64,000 nt of DNA from Eledone cirrhosa. Its lineage: Eukaryota. The notes beneath the pieces were generated by a model. The model was not told the origin of the DNA, searched no databases, and worked only from the letters and a program-made list of their open reading frames with translations. Of this stretch, positions 54,759-64,000 are shown piece by piece. The DNA is taken from positions 31,930,001 through 31,994,000 of the forward strand of contig OZ024748.1 in assembly GCA_964016885.1 (NCBI GenBank), written 5' to 3'. The position numbers were made by a program, and so were the translations under genes. Positions within the stretch are counted from its first letter, which is position 1; each line of letters opens with the position of its first letter.

Positions 54759-55377
54759 GAACACATACACATCCATACATACAATACATATATACACACA
54801 TACACACAAACATATTCACGTACATTGACCCGCATACACGCACACACATAAAAATAAGAATGTAAAAAACATAGATATAAAAACACAGATATAAAAACAC
54901 ACATACATACACATATATATACACGCACGCACCTGCGAATACGGAGGCGTTCATGTACATATACAGAACGTATACACACATAAAGACGCTCAGACACATA
55001 GATACAGGGTGTAAAGCAGCCTTATGAATAAATGAGTACAAATATAGAAATATAAAATTGGCTGCGAAATAACAGAAAATATCTGGAGTGGAAAACGCAA
55101 GTGACTTTTGTAATCAGGTAGTAAAGAAAATAGGGAAGTAAAAAGTGGAAAGTGAAGATATTAGGTAAGTGAATCGAAGGATAAAGGGGGTGTTACTGGT
55201 GGATGTGAAGTAAAAATAAAAATAAAAATAAAAATAAAAATAAAAAAATAAATAAAAATAAAAATAAAAATAAAAATAAAAATAAAAATAAAATTAAAAT
55301 TAATAATAAGGTTAAAAATGAAAGTAAATCAGAAAGAGTAGTCTTTAAAGAGTATAATTTAAGTGAAGAATAAGAGC

Positions 55378-56795
55378 TTATGGAGGATAAGTATCTGAAA
55401 GTGTGTTAAGTTTATATGAGCTGGAAAGCAAGTGTGATTTCATGTGTGGGCAACTGGTAAAAATTTCTGTCTTTGTATTTAGGCAGGTTTTTGGTGATTT
55501 AAGGTTTTGTAAAATCCAATATTTTTCATTTATGCAGAATGAGCATTTTCTTGTTCCTCTTGCATATTCTTTAGATTGGTTCAAAATTGACCAATCCACT
55601 TTATATTGGATACCTTGGTCTTTCAAATCCCATATTCTGCTAGCCAGAGCTGTTGTGAATCTTTTTTCTGGATGTCGAAAGGATGCGACATGTGAGTAAT
55701 AACGCGTTTTGAACTTGTCTTGTGTCATACCCACATATCGTTCACTGGTGGCTGGTTGGTTGTTGCTGATGGTTGTCACTTTAGCCGCATATATAATGGC
55801 TTTGGTGTTGCATTTACCTTGTAATGGGCATTCACTGTTGACTCTACAGGAGCAATTTTGATGTTCTCTAGGTGATTTTTTGTTGATGATATAAGATTTA
55901 ATAGGGGGACCGCAAGGAGTAGCTAATTTTGACACAGTTTCTATTAAAGATCTTATAGTATCTATGTGTTCTAGGGAAATGTTTATCTAAGAGTTCTAGG
56001 AATTTTTTGCCTACATTAGTTTTAACTGCTAGAGAGTAGGGGTGTGTGAACCAGATTATTTTTCTTTTCCTATTTTTATGTTTAAAAGAGTTAGTATAGT
56101 TGGGTATGTATTTAATCGGTTTGCTAAATCCGCTATTTTGGACGGCTTTATTATAGTAGGGGATGCCTTATTGAAAATAGCTTCTGAGGAAGAGAGGGTG
56201 GAGATCCTACGGCTAATATTAGGGATAAGGTTTTCAAAAACTATAGGAGGATGGCAAGAGCCTTTATTTATATATTTTAAATTTTCATTAGGTTTATGGT
56301 ATGATTTATAAGAAGCAGTAGGCAAAGCTAGGTTTATATCTAGGAAATTAACATTCGAAAGATTAGTGTCAATAGTAATTTTAAGATTAAAACTAGCAAA
56401 GGTTTTTATTAAGTCTTTCCTTAATCTATCTAAGTAATGGCCTATGGTGGTATGGGAAAGTATTAGACCATCGTCGCGATAAAACCCAAAAATATGGTTA
56501 GGGAATTTTTCTTTAAGTGATGTAGGAGGAATAGGCCGACTAAATCACAAACATCAGCACTAACAAAAGAGCCCATTGAGACATCGAATGGGCTCTCTGA
56601 GTCAGATATTTTTACCCAAGTGGCATTATCAGTAAAGAGTAGAGTGTTTCTAGCGTGCAAGATGACATTCTCTTCAATATCAGAGATATTGGTAAACTTT
56701 CTAGCGAAATTTAAAGCTTTCGCTAAAAGAGACTGAGTGATAGATGGGTAGAAATCTACAATGTCAAATTGGGTGAATCTAGAACTATTTTTATT
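55378..56795 (-). pseudogene. PLE RT + GIY-YIG (frameshifted)
   Basis: FTQFDIVDFYPSIT, FDVSMGSF, FGFYRDDGL, YINKGSCHPP, CSCR..CPLQGKC, IIYAA..YVGMT..FKTRYYSH, CSFC..CPH. Confidence 0.88.
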
Positions 56796-57233
56796 TTTAT
56801 TTTAACTTCACATCCACCAGTAACCCCCTCCCCCTTTATTCTTCTATTCACTTACCTAATATCTTCACTTTCCACTTTTTACTTCTCTATTTTCTTTACT
56901 ACCTGATTACAAAGGTCACTTGCGTTTTCCACTCCAGATATTTTCTGTTATTTCGCAGCCAATTTTATATTTTTATATTTGTACTCATTTATTCATAAGA
57001 CTGCTTTACACCCTGTATCAATGTGTCTGAGCGTCTTTATGTGTGTATACGTTCTGTATATGTACACGAACGCCTCCGTATGCGTGGGTGCGTGCGTGTA
57101 TGTATGTGTGTTTTTATATCTGTTTTTTACATTCTTATTTTTATGTGTGTGCGTGTAAGCGGGTCAATGTACGTGAATATGTTTGTCTGTATGTGTGTAT
57201 ATATGTATTGTATGTATGGATGTGTATGTGTGC

Positions 57234-57300
<67 letters not shown>

Positions 57301-58020
57301 CAGTCGCGTACGTACGTGTAATTAGATATACATGGGGCGATATGTATGTATATGTATACGTGCATCCTGTGTAAGTATGTAAGCATGCATACGCTTTTGT
57401 CTGTACGTATTGCGTGTATATATATGTTTTCTTATAGATATATGTTTTTTATAGATATATGTGTATGTACGCGTGTATCTTCTTTTCTTTTCTTTTCTTT
57501 TCTTTTCTTTTCTTTTCTTTTCTTTTCTCTAGTGTTAATTGACTACTTTCTCTTTCATTTAAAAATGTTTACTTTCTCAGATATTGTTTAATTTTTATAC
57601 ATATATCGAGAATGACACTTTATTTTAACTATTACACTCCCTTCCCCCTTTATATTCCGCATATAAGTGATCGCGCGTGGGTGTGTGTTTATACGCGTGC
57701 TTTCATATTCATATGTGTATCTAACACCTGCTTCTGGATTCGTGTCAACTAGATTATATCAGTATTTGTGGTTACATATACACAAATATACTTGCCCTCA
57801 TATATGTACTTACGCACACTTTTTCACCATACACACGCATTTGTACATACATACATCTGTAAATTTGTGAGTGTATATACATACATATACACACACCTAA
57901 CTATATTTTTTATATATTTAATATTTTATGTGCCTTTTGCATTAACTTTATTTATATATATATATATATTTTTGCATTTCTTGAGGAGACTTTCCAAATA
58001 TTTCACTATGTTTTATATTG

Positions 58021-58090
58021 CCTTGTCCGACGAACGAATGAGGACGTTTCTTTCGCATTCGACTTATTCGGGAAACCTCTGGTAATGAGG
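58021..58090 (+). ncRNA. Hammerhead ribozyme variant (CCGACGA core)
   Basis: ccttgt-CCGACGA-acgaatgag..cttattcgg-GAAA-cctctgg-TA-atgagg. Confidence 0.7.
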
Positions 58091-58212
58091 TAATTATATT
58101 GTAATGTTTATTATACATTAAATTTTGCTCTGGTACTTACATAGAGCACTCTTCACTCCTATGACTTTTTCAATTCCAACGGAAACTTCAATACCTATAT
58201 ATATATGTATAT

Positions 58213-58301
<89 letters not shown>

Positions 58302-58466
58302 TATATATAACGAAGGAAATGTGGTAAGGAACCAGGTGGACCATAACGCACCAAAGTACTCAATACTTGAGGTAGTAGAGTGGGTAATAGGAACCAGTAA
58401 GACCCCGACAGCTGAGCTCAAGCCGTTTCGACGGCTAATTCTGGACTTATATATATATATATATAT

Positions 58467-58497
<31 letters not shown>

Positions 58498-58544
58498 AAT
58501 ATATATATATATAAATATATATATATATAAATATATATATATAT

Positions 58545-58742
<198 letters not shown>

Positions 58743-58859
58743 CATATATATATAGAAATATATACAAATATATATATATAAATATATATATACAAATATA
58801 TATATATAAATATATATATAAATATATATATAAATATATATGTAAATATATATATATAA

Positions 58860-58926
<67 letters not shown>

Positions 58927-58930
58927 TATA

Positions 58931-59402
58931 TAGTAGAATAATCGAGTATCGAAAAATCGGCGCACGAGTTCACGATAAACAAAATTCGAAATGAGCGGCA
59001 GAGGGCTCAATAATTCAGATAAATCAGAGCTATAACTATCGTTAAAATACCGACACACATAGAACATGTCTAAAATCAACCATACGACCGAAAAATTACG
59101 ATCTGGAAGATTCGGGACACTCTGATAAAATATCAATAAATCAATAAATCAAATGAATGTAAAAAGCTTACCCGGACCCGCTAAAAAGATGGTAAATCTA
59201 GCTTCTTGGGTTTCTGTAAATCCTTAAACCGCCCTCTATCAGCCCACATAAAAATATATAAGACTTCTAGAAAGCAGCGGACCGGAATTACTTTCTCAAC
59301 GAGCTTTTGTCCGAACGAATAAAAAGACACAACCCAAGTTGAAAAAACGCACATGGAATTCAGCAAGGGAGATAACCTCTATATCCGCAAAAAATATTCG
59401 GG

Positions 59403-59406
<4 letters not shown>
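58931..59406. mobile_element. Unclassified 476-bp repeat, family d
   Basis: Near-identical copy with the same ends at 61281-61756; both in (TA/TAAA)n. Confidence 0.7.
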
Positions 59407-59456
<50 letters not shown>

Positions 59457-59459
<3 letters not shown>

Positions 59460-60177
59460 AGATTTGAATGGATACAGTTTAGTTGAAAGGAATTTATTGA
59501 CACGTGTTTCTATAACAGTTACATAACCTAAAACAGCTGCTATCTACAAACTTTTAGTTATGCAGACATTCAATATTTCAATGTTATTATTTACTGTCAT
59601 TTCATCAGAATAATATTACTGAGGACCTATTTAGTTTTTATAGAGAATATTAGGAGGGAGGGGTGAAGTTGTTAGAAGAATAGTTGAAGGAGTGGTTTTT
59701 CGATAGCAGTGAGAATTCTGGGTGGCAGTGAGTAATTAGATTCCCATCTGTTGTTTTGACATTTTTTATAGAATATATTATTGGTTATTTTTCTAAATCT
59801 ATAGAAGGATTAGAGATAGTAAAGATATGCGTGGTTGGTTTTGTGTTTGCACTTAATTAACATTCAAACTTAAATTTTTCTTTCAAGTGTACGTATCCTT
59901 TCACCCACGCATTCACACATAAATATATTTGCACACCTCTACAAAATACATATACTCACAATTCACATATTCATACTTACATATATATACACATGCATAC
60001 ACATATATATATACACACATGTATTCATGTACATACATACGCGCTCATGTGTATACATTTTCATACTCAACTTATCTTTATATACACACGTATAGACACA
60101 CACATATATACATACATACTCTAGTCCATGTGTACACACATACACATACATACACATCCATATACACACATATACAT

Positions 60178-60234
<57 letters not shown>

Positions 60235-60752
60235 TATACATATATATATATAAGCACTTTAATACATGAATACACTTACATCTAACTATACACATCAAAC
60301 ATATATATATATTTACTTATTTATATACATTTTCACATATATATACATACTTATGGACGTTTTTAGACACATTCATTATCGCATATTTGTACCTATTCTC
60401 ATCAGCATATCTTTCCATTATTAGTATGGTAATTTAAGGTTATTAATATATGTTGAGAAGAGATTGTTTTTATATTTTTCTAACTAGATTAAGGTTTATA
60501 TAGTTGGGGGATGTCCCTCTTTTATGTAATATTCGGCTTGTAGTGGGAAAAAAGGGTTTTAGTTCTGTGACGGCAGAATAATGTTCGTTCAATTCTGTTA
60601 TTCAGCAGTTTCTTCTTGTGTGTGATTATGTAATAAATCTCAAGATTACACAATTTGCAGAAATTTTGGCTCCTGGAAAAGCTTTGGGTTTTAGCTAATT
60701 TCTCCCATTTTAGGGTAAACTTTTGATCGCTATCCCTGAGCGTCCAAGCTTT
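59457..60752 (-). mobile_element. Highly truncated Naiad-like PLE
   Basis: Minus strand ~60540-60710 reads [26 protein letters not shown]; terminal HHR. Confidence 0.7.
59494..59613 (-). ncRNA. Type I hammerhead ribozyme with long stem II insertion
   Basis: ttatt-CTGATGA-aatgacagt[~70 nt]actgttata-GAAA-cacgtg-TC-aataa. Confidence 0.75.
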
Positions 60753-60762
60753 ATATATATAT

Positions 60763-60795
<33 letters not shown>

Positions 60796-60859
60796 AATAT
60801 ATATATATATAAATATATATGTATATAAATATATATATATATAAATATATATATATATA

Positions 60860-60893
<34 letters not shown>

Positions 60894-61051
60894 AATATAT
60901 ATATATATAAATATATATATATAAATATGTATATATATAAATATATATATATATATATAAATATATATATAAATATATATATATATAAATATATATATAT
61001 AAATATATATATATAAATATATATATATATTATATAAATATATATATAAAT

Positions 61052-61108
<57 letters not shown>

Positions 61109-61129
61109 TATATATATAAATATATAAAT

Positions 61130-61160
<31 letters not shown>

Positions 61161-61240
61161 AATATATAAATATATATATACATATATATATAAATATATA
61201 AATATATATATACAAATATATATATATAAATATATATATA

Positions 61241-61272
<32 letters not shown>

Positions 61273-61280
61273 AATATATT

Positions 61281-61864
<584 letters not shown>

Positions 61865-61883
61865 AATATATATATATATAAAT

Positions 61884-61936
<53 letters not shown>

Positions 61937-62087
61937 AATATATATATATATAAATATATATATATAAATATATATATATAAATATATATATATATAAATA
62001 TATATATATATAAATATATATATATATAAATATATATATATAAATATATATATATATAAATATATATATATAAATATATATATATAT

Positions 62088-62203
<116 letters not shown>

Positions 62204-62300
62204 AATAAATATATATATATAAATATATAAATACATATATATATAAATATATATATATACGATATTAAATAAATGGAAACTATATTTATAAAACCATATT

Positions 62301-62366
62301 TATTTCATTATATATATTTCAGGGATATCATATTAAAAATATGTTATGCCTTCTTCAGACAAAATA
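62301..62366 (-). ncRNA. Type I hammerhead ribozyme
   Basis: tattttgt-CTGAAGA-aggcataacatatt..aatatgatatccct-GAAA-tatata-TA-atgaaata. Confidence 0.8.
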
Positions 62367-62592
62367 CAATATAAACAGTCTTATAAATAGATAGATTTGA
62401 CATACCTGAATTTGTTTAACAAGATTATTTATCTGAAATCGTGTGTTGAAACCGATATTGTTATACTTTGGGAGGGTCATGTTGCCAATAAGAAACACAC
62501 GCACCAGTTGCTTTCACTTCAATTTATTATAATAAATTTATAAATTTCTGGTTGGTTGGTTGGTTCCACAACCAGATAGTTGTTTATATATT

Positions 62593-62635
62593 GTCATAGT
62601 TCTTTCGTCACACACTCTGTGACCTCTTCAGTGAC
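62593..62635 (-). ncRNA. Type I hammerhead ribozyme
   Basis: gtca-CTGAAGA-ggtcaca gagtg tgtgac-GAAA-gaac-TA-tgac. Confidence 0.85.
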
Positions 62636-62834
62636 TGGGGATTCCTTTCTTTGTTTCTGTGCCTCTCCTTTGTTCTGTCCTACGCCATTTTGTTTCTGTG
62701 TGTGTGTTGTGTGCTCAGTCTGCGCATGCGCTACATCCGGGTGTCTGTGTGTGTTTATGTTCATTTATTTATTTGTTTATTTACATGTTACTGGTTGGTT
62801 GTTTGTTCTATGTGTGTGTGTTTTCATTTTGTCC

Positions 62835-63497
62835 TTAATTGTAAGTTGTGATGTTGCAGTTCCACTCATATTTTCTATTTAATTTTGGTTGTAATTCTTT
62901 TATGTTTATTGCCTCTTGAAGGTCTCGCCAGTGTTCATTTATCCGTTCCCCTACACTACGAGCTGTCTCACCTATGTACACTATATTTTTGTCTCTACAT
63001 TGTCCTTCAGTACATCTTATGCTATACACTACATTTCTAGTTTTACAGTTAATATGGGGGCTTATTTTACAGGTTATACATTTCTTATCTATACATGAGG
63101 GTCTTTGAAAAGGGTATGTCTTGCTAATAAGTGTTTTTACGGAGGTACCTGGTCTTTCTACTATCTTAATATTGAGTTTATGTTTATCTAGGGCCCTTCT
63201 AAATTTGTAAGCTAATTCACCTCTAGGGGTTGTATCGATGAACATTACACTCTGGTATTTATTGCTATCATACCATGAGTTTATTCTATTAGCCTTGTTC
63301 CTAGTTCTTTCTATTCTATTCCAAAATTTGCTCCTATACAAGGGGCAGGTCCCATTTACGTCATTATTTACCATTTTTTCCCATTTGGTTCTGGCTCCTC
63401 TATACACTCTGATTTTATCTCTCTGATTGTAGCCAGAGAACTGCATACGGTGGATAAAGTGTTGTATGTGTCTCTCTAGTTCTTCGGGGTTGCACAT
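62835..63497 (-). pseudogene. PLE linker + GIY-YIG with apparent internal deletion
   Basis: RMQFSGY, SVMFIDTTP, CIDKKCITC, NVVYSIRC..VYIGETARSVGERINEH joined directly to LQEAINI..PKLN. Confidence 0.8.
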
Positions 63498-63519
63498 GCG
63501 GGACCAGGACCTGGCTACT

Positions 63520-63862
63520 GTCGTTTACCAATCGATTAATTGGTGAAATATATTTCTTTAATGGAATATATACGAGGAAGATTAATCAAATTATAAGGTA
63601 TCTACTTTTGAAGTTCTAGTTAAACTTTATTTAGTTACCTACCTAGATATGTGTTTACACACTTTTACAAATTATCGCCTGTGATAGTTTCATATGTTTA
63701 ATTATATGTCAATCAATTTCTAGTTGATATAAAATGATCGGATCTACTCATTAGAATCTTGGAGCATATTATACGGGTGATATGGCGCATGTCTATCTGA
63801 CATGACACCCTTAATTTAATTTGATTTAATTTATTTTAATTCAATTTATCTTAATTTTGAAT
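63520..63862 (-). mobile_element. Family c homologue (diverged)
   Basis: Reverse complement aligns with ~16000-16335. Confidence 0.7.
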
Positions 63863-63877
63863 ATATATATATACATT

Positions 63878-63988
<111 letters not shown>

Positions 63989-64000
63989 ATATATTTATAT

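Larger units (their letters stand above)
54630..58196 (-). mobile_element. Naiad-like Penelope element with inverted 5' pLTR arm (56790-58196)
   Basis: RT/GIY-YIG pseudogene; 54640-55230 repeated inverted at 56790-57365. Confidence 0.85.
62460..63520 (-). mobile_element. 5'-truncated Penelope-like element
   Basis: ORF 62835-63497 plus pLTR with HHR. Confidence 0.8.

Noticed and set aside
55378-55935. Selenocysteine (in-frame TGA) as reported in some Naiad PLEs
   Set aside because: Cys positions in the GIY-YIG fragments here (also 5993-6384, 47438-47824) translate as ordinary Cys; no in-frame TGA seen.

Overview
Eukaryotic, gene-free, very AT-rich repeat region. The (TA)n/TATG seas, RTE LINE and tRNA-head SINE resemble octopus-type mollusc genomes, but the species is an inference. 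The window is a nest of retroelements that almost all sit in (TA)n microsatellites. These include many Penelope-like elements (PLEs; RT + GIY-YIG) with inverted terminal arms carrying minimal type I hammerhead ribozymes (HHRs), a 5'-truncated RTE LINE with intact RT, CR1 and R4/Dong fragments, clustered ~610-bp RTE-derived non-autonomous elements, and a 10.55-kb tandem duplication. The main finding is an 8.8-kb, ~19-unit array of a ~466-bp non-coding unit (29468-38264). Each unit has a canonical HHR with palindromic stem III, preceded by an octamer (ATGCAAAT) and a TATA-containing palindrome, so it looks like a retrozyme or newt-satellite-2-like system. Its inversion geometry matches twin-primed reverse transcription of a multimeric or circular RNA, and a diverged sister copy at 54090-54630 has the same terminus and a conserved ribozyme. 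Several other ~535-570-bp non-coding families share the 'more than one unit + inverted arm + (TA)n target' layout. Three of them share a conserved core motif but have no recognisable HHR. All structures were folded by eye and no searches were run.
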